From Octopus vulgaris (lineage: Eukaryota): a DNA stretch of 64,000 nucleotides. This document shows positions 52,400 to 64,000 of this stretch, piece after piece. Both the position numbers and the translations under genes were made by a program. The stretch's first letter is position 1. Every line of letters begins with the position of its first letter. Location: the NCBI GenBank assembly GCA_951406725.2, contig OX597825.1:42532001-42596000 (forward strand), given 5' to 3'. The notes beneath the pieces are model-generated. The model saw only the letters and a program-made list of their open reading frames with translations. It made no database searches and was not told the DNA's origin.

Positions 52400-52900
52400 C
52401 TTCGATAGAAGAAAGTCCAAAAATGAAATTCGCTGCAGCCATCGGCGGGTGCGAACTCATTAAAATTTAAATGGAAGAAATACAAACCTATTTCAGATTG
52501 ATCACCAATAAAAACGGTGAATCTAGGATAACACCACCAAACGAAATAAAAAAGTAAATTAAAGAAAAGACTATTGTCTATAAAGTACACAATACAGAGA
52601 AAAAAAAAATTTGAACACCTGGAGGAAAGCACCGTTGAAAAGTGTCTTGGTGCGACTATGAAAGATATCAAGTATCTAACCAGAGGCGGTAAATTCGCCA
52701 CAATAAAAGCAAGGTTCGAGTCAACAGAGCATGCAAGGGAGTACTCGACTCGAACCTTGCAAAGTGGAAATATTTTATTTTTACCTTTATATCTGGGACG
52801 TAGGACGTCGCGGATAAAAATTAAAAATGTCCCCCCAGAAGTAGAGGTAGGCTGGATTGTAGCCACACTTCTATACAAAAGGGAGGACAAGATATAATTG
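52400..52900 (+). mobile_element. N-terminal ORF1/gag-like fragment (related to the 36700-36960 element)
   Basis: LPLYLGRRTSRIKIKNVPPEVEVGWIVATL versus RVTRIRIGRVPPETKEAWLVSAM. Confidence 0.6.
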
Positions 52901-53064
52901 ATCGAAATTGCAAGAGACAGGCCTACAATTCCAGTCTGTTATATATTTTGAGTATTGTTATCACTAGCGATATCAAGATATAACATTGTAATTTGTATTT
53001 TATGTGTAGATGTATATATATAAATGTACATGTAATATGTACACATATATACATGCACTAACAC

Positions 53065-53370
53065 TATGACCCGGCAACGACGGGTGATAATGCTAGTATA
53101 TATATAAAGATGAGAACGTGTGTCTGTGTGAATCCCTAAAACTTGAGAACTACACAACCAAATTCATTCAAATTTTACACATGCCTTACTTAGAGTCTAT
53201 GTAGTGTCATGGGCAAAAAAAACGTTTGAACTTCTTGCCTAGTGCGAGCCCACAGCAATATCATATCTTCTCTACCATTTTTCAGTATTACGTGTCAAAA
53301 GTGAAACAAGAACATTTCAATATTGTAATGTCAGATGCTTTCACTTTAATAGTTTCACTTTCATACCGAA
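53065..53370 (+). mobile_element. Helitron 3' end followed directly by a Helitron-like 5' end
   Basis: acccggcaacgacgggtgataatgCTAG|t, then tatatatataaagatgagaac...tgtgtctgtgtgaatccctaaaact. Confidence 0.6.
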
Positions 53371-53376
53371 ACTATT

Positions 53377-53504
53377 ATATAAGAAGGATGACCTGTAAGT
53401 AGCTAGAAGATCCGCTATGGTCTTACCACTAACAAAGGAATGGTAAGACCATAGCGGATCTTCTAGCATAATGGATGTCCACTTACAGGTCATCCCTCTT
53501 ATAT
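53377..53504. repeat. Hairpin: perfect 27-bp inner stem, 12-nt loop, 24-bp outer stem (1 mismatch)
   Basis: gctagaagatccgctatggtcttacca (53402-53428) / tggtaagaccatagcggatcttctagc (53441-53467). Confidence 0.92.
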
Positions 53505-53648
53505 GTATGTAATATCATTTTTTCTGAAACTTCAGATTTTTCAATATGCTACACCACTGGTTTTAAATTGATATTAATCAAATTAATATTCAATTTTTCA
53601 CCCTTATTATTTTAAATTTAAATTTACATGTATATATATAGATGTATA

Positions 53649-53694
<46 letters not shown>

Positions 53695-53719
53695 TGTATA
53701 TGTATACATGTATATGTGT

Positions 53720-53880
53720 AGATGTATATTCTCCTTGTTTTTTCTGTGTACCTTTCTGTAGAAGAGTGTAGGCTCAAAACGTAAAAGAGTTTTTCTATTC
53801 CTGAGCATTATACTAATATATCTGTTTGTTGTGTACACCACCTGTCTTCGTCTTTTGTTTTTTTTTGTAAACTTTCCCTA
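53720..53880 (+). repeat. Dispersed repeat with an HHR-like motif (second copy at 39140-39278)
   Basis: cttt-CTGTAGA-a-GAGT-gtag-GCTC-aaaa-CG-TA-aaag; shared flanking sequence in both copies. Confidence 0.55.
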
Positions 53881-53977
53881 TATATATATAGATGTACATG
53901 TTATATGTACACATATATATACACATATATACATGCATATATATATATATACCTATACACACACACGCACACATACA

Positions 53978-54290
53978 TAGGTGCAGGTGTGGCTGTGTGG
54001 TAACAAACTTGGTTCCAAAATACATGGTCCTGGGTTCAGTCCCACTGCGTGGTGACTTGGCTTGTGTGTTCTGCTATAGCCTCAGACCAACCAAAGCCTT
54101 CTCAATGGATTTTGTAGACAGAAATTGAAAGAAATCAATCGTATATATATGTATGTATATATGTAAGTCTATATGTGTGTCTTTGTGTTTCTCCATTATC
54201 ACTGCTTCCCAACTGCTGTTCGTTTATTTACAGCCCCATAACTTACTGGTTTCACAAAAAGAAACTAATAGAATAAGTACGAGGATTATC
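53978..54290 (+). mobile_element. Degenerate SINE (major family)
   Basis: ggctgtgtgg..ggttcagtcccactgcg..aatagaataagtac. Confidence 0.82.
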
Positions 54291-54441
54291 AACATAGAAA
54301 AAGCCCTAGGCTGTGTCTCATATTTTTGTTTGCCCACTCAGTTGTATCTATCAATTTATCTTTGTGTGTGTGTGTGCGTGTATGTGTGTATAATATACAC
54401 ACATGCACACATGCATGCACACACAGACACACACAGACACA

Positions 54442-54487
<46 letters not shown>

Positions 54488-55439
54488 CATGCATGTATAT
54501 GTGCATATTCATATCTATTATATCAAAGTGAATGTCTTTATGTGTGATCATGTGTTACTTATGCATTCAAAAACTGCTGTTGATGAAATTTTAACCATAG
54601 ATAGACAAAAATAAAGCAATATTTATAAAATTTCATCTTCTTAGAAGTTAGAAAGACTCCTTCATGGGGAAATAACACCCACAATTTAGTCATTTTATCT
54701 AAGCAAAGATGAATACAGTTGTACTCTTGGAAGCTGTAGGGTTACCCGAGCATAAAAGATGAGTATTATTTGTAATTCAATAGTACAACAGTGTAAGAGT
54801 TTGCTTTGACTTACATTGTGATTTGTGCAATGTGATGCATAAATTGTCAAGTAAATGAGAGGCATCTTTGCCTCCACAGATTCAGTTGCAAAATGATGAG
54901 TAAAGTTATTTGATTGTAGACCTCCTTTCAGTCTTTTTATTATCACTGGGTCACACATAGTCCCCAGATGGTAACATTGATTTCAAGGCCTTCCCAGATG
55001 AGTAACTGGTTATTCAAAAACATTTATAGATTGTACATTTATTCTGTCCAGTTACGTATCAGTATGCAAACTCCAGAGGTGACACTTTTATTTTTCCTTA
55101 GCCCTCATGTCACACAGTTGTTAATGTTTATTTCAGTTGGGAATGCCCTTCCAATTGCTATAGATTTATAATGCATCTTGTGGCTGTGCCTGTCACCTGG
55201 ATGGTGAGGAATCCTACATTGGGGAGTGGTAAGAACTAGAGTAGGGTAGCTGACTGCTTATTGTGATCATTCATCTTTTGGTTTCCTGTAGCTTTGCTCT
55301 CTTTTACAAACCCAGTGAACATACATATATTTAGTATTTCAAAGAAATTCAAACAATAGATATAAGACCCAAGTTAAAAAGATTCTCAACAATTCAACTT
55401 CTCTGGTTGACATTAAGACACCCACCTCCAATAGAGGCC

Positions 55440-55753
55440 TTAGCTCTCACATTTTAGAGCTCCATGACATCCATTTTTCAGGAGCGAAATCCTTTTAACA
55501 GGTTCTTTATATTTTGGAATATGCGCATAAAAATCAGTAGTATATTTTGGAATATGCGCATAAAAATCAGTAGTATGGGATACATGTAGCAAGATTACAA
55601 TTTTTTTAGGGTGTGTAAAGAGGGAAATAACCCTCATCTGCAATTTTGATGAAATTCGAAACATAGGTATTCTAGTTCATTACAGAAAATATAACAGAAA
55701 AGTCTAATTCTTCAATTGCATGTAACACGGGCAATGCTGGGTATCTCTGCTAG
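55440..55753 (+). mobile_element. Helitron 3' portion with an internal 33-bp tandem duplication
   Basis: Ends cacgggcaatgctgggtatctctgCTAG|t; tatattttggaatatgcgcataaaaatcagtag x2. Confidence 0.65.
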
Positions 55754-56753
55754 TATACATATATATATTCATATAAGTGAAGGATGGTTCAGCTAAGTGA
55801 GCAAAAATATATGGTGATAACCTTATAAACCCACAAAACCACAAGAATTTGAGTCACATTGAAGTTCTTAAAAATTACAACCTCCATATTATGTAACAAT
55901 ACTTTTATCTATGAACCAGTGAAAGAATCTCTAAATCGTCGCTCAACTTACTAAATATATCAGCCAAATATTCTTTAAATCACATCCAGCTAATGGCTAA
56001 AATATAAAAGAAAAATTAAATAATGTGGTTCAAAACATACTACTAAAAAGACAGAATGACAATGGTTTGAATGCCTTTCATTATAGATTTACTTAAGCAA
56101 ATCTATTTACCAAGCAAATAAATCAGAAATTCATTTAACACATCCAAATACAATTTTTTCAGTTGTTTTATACAATGGTTACACAACATTGTGATAGTTG
56201 TTAATCTCTCTTTCTTTGTAGCATGGTTTGACTACTAAATGTCATCACTAACTATCCTTGTTCGAGTGGCTACTACTGAATGCATTTTCCCATACCAAGC
56301 CTTGAATCTCTATTCACTATTAGCCTTGGAGTCCCGAGGTTGATGTTGTGTGCCTTTGCCAATAGCATCAATGTAGCTGAGTCGTCTTTGTTCTCTATTA
56401 TGATGCTTATATATTAATATCTTCAGTTTCTCCCTAGCAAAGAAGTGTTGCTGCCAATAGTTTCCTAAACGTTAATGATGTTCCATACAAGCTGGTACTT
56501 ATCTTCAAATAACGTTCAAGTCGAATAATACATTCTTGCTTTTTATACAAAATCATTGACAAGAATGGAATGTATTTTCTCCTAATTGTTGTTAATTTAT
56601 TTTATGTACAACTGATTAGGGACTACACAACAATATGAAAATTTACTTTAACCTGCAATGGAAGATCTATAATGAGACACATGATCTACTAGATATAGCA
56701 CCCAAATTATCCCTAATCACATTCTACCATCTTAAGTTACATAAAGATACAAT

Positions 56754-56800
<47 letters not shown>

Positions 56801-56854
56801 AATATAGTGTATCTTTATGTAACTTAAGATGGTAGAATGTGATTAGGGGTACAT

Positions 56855-57330
56855 ATATTTTGTTGTGTCAGGAGAGAACCATTTTGTCATTATGCCTTAT
56901 TAACCAACACACTCACCAATTCGATTACCACTCATTTTATTTATTATTATATATTTATTCTTTCTTCCAGAATTTTCATTGCTTCTGTCTGATGCATTCC
57001 ATTTGTTTGTTTGTGTGCATCAGCATTCGTGTGTATACACATATGTATGTATATATGTATGTATGTATATACATAAACAAACAAAAGGAATGCAGTTCCA
57101 ATAACAGACAAGGTCAACAACTATTTAGAAGGTTGTAAGAAGCAATAAAAATTCTGGAAGAGAAAATAAATATATAATAATAAATAAAATGAGTGTAAAT
57201 CAAACCAGTGAGTGTGTTAGTTAATAAGATTTCTTAAGACATAATGACTCTCCCCAGAGACAACAAAATTTGTTTCAACACACAAATCGCATAAAGAATC
57301 TTGCAGACCAGATACAAAAACGAAGTATAT
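56855..57330. repeat. Fold-back of the 405-600 repeat family
   Basis: cactcattttatttattattatatatttatt..tcttccagaattt / aaattctggaagagaaaataaatatataataataaataaaatgagtg in inverted orientation. Confidence 0.75.
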
Positions 57331-57529
57331 ATATATAATTTTATCTTAATGCTTGGTTGAAAAAACACCCAGAGGATGGCTTTACTACTACAAATAATCT
57401 GTAAATATATAAGGCATGATGTGTGTGTGTGTGTGTGTGTGTGCATCTGGGTGTGTACGTGATTGTAGTTTATGCACATCCACAAATTAGCATGCATGTC
57501 ACTCAAATTTTAGGAGGACATTTGTCACG

Positions 57530-57782
57530 ATCCTAGCTCTATTTTCGTCAAATTATTTTCCCCCGAGGCACCCGCGAATAGTGGTAAATAATTTTGAGCC
57601 ATAACTTCAATTTTCACAGTGGAGAAATTCACTGAGTTAAGTCACCTTCTAGCGACGGTGTAAAGAGAGGGAGGGAAAGGGAGAGAGAGAGATAACAGAT
57701 TTTTTTAATTTCTTTTTAGTGAGAGATTGACACACAAAAACAGACGGACAGGTGTTGTTATGTATGTGTGAATGGCTTCAGT

Positions 57783-57814
<32 letters not shown>

Positions 57815-57858
57815 CATGTATGCGTACAAAACACATGCATGCAATATGTGTGTTGACC

Positions 57859-57927
<69 letters not shown>

Positions 57928-58240
57928 CATACACTATATAAACGATATTCTCCGTTTCTCCACAACTAATTTCCAAATTAGCTGAACCCGTTGCTCTAAT
58001 CATAGTGGTATATAGCTGGTCGTGCGTGAAGATGGGAGAGGGCAGAGGTTACCAGAGCAAAAGACCTACGTGTTGACTGTAGACACGCTCCTTCGCCAAC
58101 GATCAGCTATTTTTTTGTAAACAATGTTTCGAAACTGTTCATGTTTTCGAATGGAGAGATCTGACTCTCACATCTCTGCGGGAGAAGGTAGGTTTCTCTA
58201 TTCCTGTTAAAAACTTACGTCCGGGTGCCAAATTGGCTTC
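57530..58240. promoter_or_regulatory. Possible CpG-retaining promoter/first-exon region
   Basis: Two unique CpG-containing blocks flank a (TA)n; + strand donor GAAG|gtaggt at about 58187. Confidence 0.3.
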
Positions 58241-58356
58241 AATTGATGGTATTACTCAAGTAGGAGGTGGGGGCAGGGGCAAAAGCGTGCAAAAACATGC
58301 ATGCAATAGGTGTATGTACGTATATATTTGTGTGTGTGTGTGTGTGTTGCCCATAT

Positions 58357-58397
<41 letters not shown>

Positions 58398-58689
58398 TTA
58401 GTTGTGATCTGAACATAACCACTTCTCGCACAGAGGATCGAGGGCCCTTTTGGGCGTTCTATTTTCCTTGCTGGAAGGGTTTCCAACCCATGGGCAAAAT
58501 GGGGTTACATGATGGGGGTGGTGTTTTCAAAAGGGTTGGCATATGCAACTTGATCACCTCTGCCGATCAAACTCGCAACCCATGCACTCCCGCCGTGACA
58601 CTGATTCTGCATAACTGGGTTGGGTATGAAAGCCAACTTTAAAGTATAAATATAGATGTTTTTGAATCAGCAATGTTCGGTTAAGTCCT

Positions 58690-59133
58690 ATTTGGGGTGT
58701 AAAATCAATAAACCGATTCCTTATGGGGTATTCAATTTAATCAGAATATTTTAAAAATCGATACCCGATTCCTTATAGGACTTCCCACTAAAATTGGCTA
58801 CACTCCATTTTCAACCATAACGTCTACCAATTTTGATGTACTTTGTTTAAACTTAATGCCAGCATTACTTAGGACTCATGGGATCTTTGAATGCTTTAAA
58901 TTCTCCAAAAACGAAGAAAATAAAACAATCGATGAGTGGAAAAAATCGATAAACCGATTCCTTATGGGATTTCCCAATCAAGTTTTCTGCAAAATTTCAG
59001 CCAAAAGTTTACCAATTTCAACGGATTTCACTCAAATTTGACGTCGACGTTACTTAGTTTGCTTTGAAATAAAGAGCTTGATTAGCTTAATAATCCTAAC
59101 TTAACCCTGAACAAAGCTGAGCTATACTGCTAG
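58690..59133 (+). mobile_element. Probable Helitron-type element with three internal repeats of about 25 bp
   Basis: aatc(g/a)ata.accgattccttat(g/a)gg x3; ends gctatactgCTAG|t. Confidence 0.45.
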
Positions 59134-61229
59134 TAATGCTTAAAACCAAAATTTTGTAACATAGGTACAATTCCATATATTTGTAGGGTGTAGGTATGAT
59201 ATTACGTTTGATACTCCTGTACTAAACAGGAGTATCTTCCCTTTTAGATCTAGAAGATTTGAAATGAGAATATTAATGGAGGTATATGATACTGTAAAAT
59301 ATTGTGTTGGGCAGTTTTATTCTTTCAATAATTCACCAAATTGAGAGTGATATCTGACAATTGGCAGTAGTGCCCAAACGTTGTCACATTCCAGTAGCCA
59401 CAAATACTAAAAAGTAAACTAAGTTATTAAAAAAATATATTCCATGTAGTTAATACAAAAATATGAATATTTTCCAGAAAAAAATTTTCTTTGTTATTAT
59501 TTTAGTCAAATGAGGAAAGTTATTCTTTTCAGACATCTAAAACCTGGCAAGAAGAAAAGAGGGAGTCAATCTCAGATCAGAGGCCCATCTTAAATACATG
59601 CAAATGAGATGTTTGCTAAAGATAAACAAAGATCAGAAGTTGTTTTTAAGCCAACTCATTCAAGGGCAGTCCTTCAGGCAGGCACATTTTCCATCTGCAA
59701 AATTCCTTTCAAAAGGATTTAAATAGTTGAAGGCTATTGTGGAAGACACTGGCCCAAGGTGGACCAAATCCCAAACCGTTTACCTACTAAGTCAACCTCT
59801 TTTCTTTATAGACATTCCTGCATCATGTGCATCATGTCTTATGTAGTTCAGAAACTAAACTTTAAAAAATAAAGTTTTATTAATAATAAATATATATATT
59901 GTATATTACATTGGCTCTCCTAGCTTGCTAGTGTACAGTAAAGGGTATTTAGGTGAACAATGTATTTTCATAAATATAATTGAAGGTATATTGAAAATCC
60001 ATAAAAATGTCTTGAAAATATATTCTTCATAATTTTGTTGCGTACAAGTGTGATTAATAAAACAAGTTAAGCCATAGTCATATTATATAGATTTTTAACT
60101 TCAAAACATGGTTTTTAACCTTCCATGCAAAGTTGGCAAGTAATTTTTAATTTTCCTTGCAAAGTGTGACTTCAAACTTTTATTTGTACTTCAGTGGACT
60201 ACAGAATCAAAAAGATTGAGAACCATTGGAATATTAAAATATGATACTTGAGAAATTCCTGCTGCTGATGTAATTAATCAGAAGAATTCACCTGTTAAAT
60301 TGATTTTTATGGGAATCATTGCTTGAATCTGAAAATATATGAAATGTTGCTTCTTTGAATAAGATAAATCTAAATAAATCTTATTCAATTTACCTTCATG
60401 AATAATAAAGTATATGTGTCCAGGATTTAAAAGAAAGAAATTTGGCTAAAGAATTATGGTGCATGTATTTCCAGCAATTGTGTATTACATTTGCAGCATT
60501 CAGTCACTAATAGAATGCTTGATATCACCAAAATTCTGACAATATATGATAATATAGCTCCTATTCAAAGAGTAGAAAATATATTAGAATACAGAACTAA
60601 GCTATATAGTTGAATTGGCACCAGTTATTCATGTTCATTTTTTATATCAATCTATGTCTACAAAAATTCACTAAAAGTTTACAAATTATTTACATAAAAC
60701 ATTTTTGATAGAGGCATATAAAAAAAAAGAACCAGGTTAATTCCATCTATTATGTAGTTCAAAACTCTCTTTTTCTAGTATTAAATCTCACCGTAGGAAA
60801 TAAATGTAACAAATTACATGCTGTACATGTAGATATCCTACACCCTGTTCTAAAACAGCTCTCGACTCATGGGCAAGAAGTCATTCACCAATACTCAAAA
60901 ACCTCTGGCCATCATAAGCTCTGTTCTCCTTACTCTGCCTTTTCATCCAGTCTCAAATTGCTTTATGGAACTTACTAGTCTTCTACAAACTCCACTGAAG
61001 TCCTTCTGACTCAGGCATCTTTCTTATTGCCATCACTCATACTGTGTCCTTATTTAGGTTTTACTATAAACAGTTTACTTAGTCCTTACTTTTCAGTTAA
61101 ACCTCCAGAGTACCCTGTCTACCCATGCTTTCAATTGCTACTGTGCAAGACTGTGGCTTTGAACTGGTTGGCCATCCTCCTTACTCTCCTGATTTGGTGC
61201 TATCTATCATCTGTTCCCCAGTATGAAAA

Positions 61230-61446
61230 AACACTTGGCTGAGAACTAGTATCACAGTGATAAATTTGGTGATAAATCTTTTGCCAAACAATATGAAAGT
61301 TTATTCACAAATGGGAACGAAGTACTGCAGTACTGATGGAAGAAATGTGTGGACCACAAGGGGGACTACACTGAAAAATAAAACTCATTTGGTCATATTT
61401 CATGAGAGTATATCCATCTGCCAGTGAACCTTTCAGCCAACCCTTG
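61230..61446 (+). mobile_element. Mariner 3' end (same TIR family as 24699)
   Basis: WKKCVDHKGDYTEK*; TIR tgaacctttcagccaacccttg|TA. Confidence 0.75.
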
Positions 61447-62319
61447 TACAGCATCAAGATTAATATTAACCATGCTGATCTCACAGTGTCTTAGAATGTC
61501 TACAAAGATCATGGGTACAGCCTCTTCCAGCAGATAAACCCATTAACAATACTTTCACAATATCTCTAAGTCCTTACTAAAATAAACAGTATACAATTTT
61601 AAATGAAATAAGAATAAAATCCAGGCTAGCAGCACATATTTCTATATATATTATGTGTATTTTGTGTCTTGTTCAGTATAATTATTGTGTAAGTCAAACA
61701 ATGATATACAGTGCAATTTCTAAACCATATAACTTCAATAAAAGTCTATAACTAATATTTAAAACAATTATCATAGATAAGTAGAAAAAATTAAATTTAT
61801 GTTTATTTACAAGAATAGAACTGTTATTAACATGAGAGCTTTGTGAATAATAAAATTGAATTAATCTATTTATGTATATAAAAGGTAAACACAAATATTG
61901 AAGAAAACAATACACAAAACTAGACAGATTGATAAAATTTAATCAATTTAAATACCGACTAAAAAATATACTCGAATATTGTTTCAGGAAACTGAATACT
62001 ATTGTTGTTAGCAGTTTAACCACAGATCAATCTTAATCAAGCAAACATAAGAACAAAGGTATTGTGATAATAATCCCAACATTTCAAAGAATTTCAAAAT
62101 ATAAGTGTCCTTTCTTATTTTAGGATTGAAGAATGTTGTTTAAGGAATTTAGCTGCTTCTACTAGCAGATCAAATGACAAAATACGCTTTTAAAGAATCA
62201 TATTAATTTGTTATGCTGACGAGCCAGCAAAATTATGAATGTAGTTTACTGAAATGGTGTAAAGTATTAAATGACACAGGTTTAAAACATATATTTCAAG
62301 TAACTGAGATCAAAGCTTG

Positions 62320-62895
62320 CCATTGTTGCCACACCCAACTTGGTCAAGTGACTTTTGCTATAGCCCCATGCTAGCCAAAGCCTTGTGAGTGGATTTGGCA
62401 GATGGTAGCTGAAAGAAGCCCGTCATATATATATCATCAGATGTTTTAATGTTTCTCTCATATTCTGCCCATTTATGATCTTTCTCTCTCTCACTTTCTA
62501 TCTGAACATGTATATTTCTGCTTCTGTATGCATGTTCATGTATGTATGTCTGCCTCTACTGCCAAAAAAATGCAATCACCAAAACAGTTTCAATGTAGGT
62601 CATGTATGCTTAATTGTCTCTCTCACACATACACATAAAGTTATACATGCACATATTGTTTCATACACACCAATGAACTTGTTTGCACACACATGCATAT
62701 ATGTGTTCTCCCATGCACACATTAGCATCATATGCAACCACATGCTTGCTCACACACACATTAATATAATGAGTTTGTGTCTTTGTGTATGTGTTTGTAC
62801 CCCACCAGTACAGGAGGTGATGCATTGGAATAAAAATTCTTCAAGATGGTGCCCCAGCATGGCCACAGTCTAATGACTGAAATAAGTAAAAGATA
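62320..62895 (+). mobile_element. Interrupted SINE (head part 62320-62430, tail 62845-62895)
   Basis: ccaaagccttgtgagtggatttgg and ggtgccccagcatggccacagtctaatgactgaaa. Confidence 0.65.
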
Positions 62896-63199
62896 TGTGA
62901 TATATATATCACATATCAGGTATCTCTGTATATATATATATTATTTGTAAGATTCACTTGAATCAAGGTATTTTAACATTCAGGACACAAACACATTTGC
63001 ACATACCTGCAGACATACCTGCTTACATCAAACCTGTCAGGTGATGACTACTAACAACAAACTTTCTATCTCTCCTGAACATTAATTCTGTAATTCTCTA
63101 ACCCCTATTGTACCTCTATAATTGTTATAAGTATTGTCACTGTGATTACATTACATAATATTAGGTATTCCAGAAAATAACAGCCAATTTAAAAAATAA

Positions 63200-63900
63200 A
63201 CCTATATTCTTGAAAAACTGAACTTATACAAAAGTTTAATTATTCAAAATATGATACCAGAACAGCTTTGCATTTCTCCCACCATTTAACAAGGTCGTTT
63301 ATGCCTCTTCAATAAAAATCTAAAGGTTTTGATTCCAAGAAATCCTTGAATTCGGTTTTCAATCTTAGTTTTGGAACAAAAGGTTTTTTGCTTTAAAAAA
63401 TTAGTAGTTGGTGCATGAAAGACCAGGAGAATATTGGAGGATGTGGTAAGGTCTTGTATCCCAAATGTGTGAGCTTCTGCAGTGTCATCCTGGAAATGTG
63501 CAGTCAAGTGTTATCATCAGCAGAATTGGACCAGGTCTCATTTTGCTCAATTGAACATGCATTTCTTCCAGTTGCTTACAGACACCAAGCATATGAAATA
63601 TTTCTCTGACACTTTGCCGTGGGTTTTGTTTGACAGTTGTTTTCAAATGTTGATCATAAAGAGTGGATGGACGTCCTCAATCTTCTTGATCTTCAAGGCT
63701 CTCATCCCAATTAAGGAATCTCTCAAACCACTATTGTATCATCCAATCACTAGTAGACCCTTCACCCCATGCTCTGTTGATATTGCCGGCTGCTTGGAAA
63801 GCATTATGTCAAATTCATGCAAAAGAAGGTAACTGCATTTCTTCTTTCATGATTGAAATTAAGGATTTCTATGCTTCAACATTATATTCTGAAAGAAATC
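63200..63900 (-). mobile_element. Internally deleted mariner relic
   Basis: AGNINRAWGEGS..WFERF..DESLED..GRPS and YSPGLS motifs on the reverse strand. Confidence 0.75.
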
Positions 63901-64000
63901 AATAAAAATTTATTACAGCGTACACATCAATTATTAAGCATTTACAATTTTGTCTAAAACACTATAAAAATAACATCTTAAATCGAATTTGAAAAAATAT

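Noticed and set aside
59210-59236. 11-bp perfect hairpin gatactcctgt/acaggagtatc
   Set aside because: It is short and isolated, with no supporting context.
60290-60448. Two possible - strand micro-exons
   Set aside because: The splice sites are plausible, but the peptides are uninformative and such matches are common by chance in AT-rich DNA.

Overview
This is AT-rich, microsatellite-dense eukaryotic genomic DNA. The repeat landscape looks like a coleoid cephalopod (Octopus-like); that is an inference from repeat recognition, not a database match. Most of the window is transposon debris: two decayed RTE LINEs, a near-intact 5'-truncated CR1 LINE with a 9-bp TSD, R4/Dong- and HERO/NeSL-like RLE remnants, Penelope-like (GIY-YIG) remnants, at least 6 mariner relics, a hAT relic, hAT and piggyBac MITEs, non-autonomous Helitrons, ORF1/gag-only fragments and many tRNA-derived SINEs. 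Between these I can splice, with consistent phases, the 3' exons of an unidentified Cys/Trp-rich + strand gene (31733-43188) and small exons of a convergent - strand gene (about 45000-46550). The most interesting signal is RNA structure. At least 7 separate repeats carry minimal type-I hammerhead (HHR)-like cores, often in fold-back arrangement. One is a tRNA-headed (Pol III A/B box) element with an intact hammerhead core, duplicated head-to-head at 20680-21590. Most ORFs in the supplied track are microsatellite artefacts. Coordinates of decayed elements are approximate.
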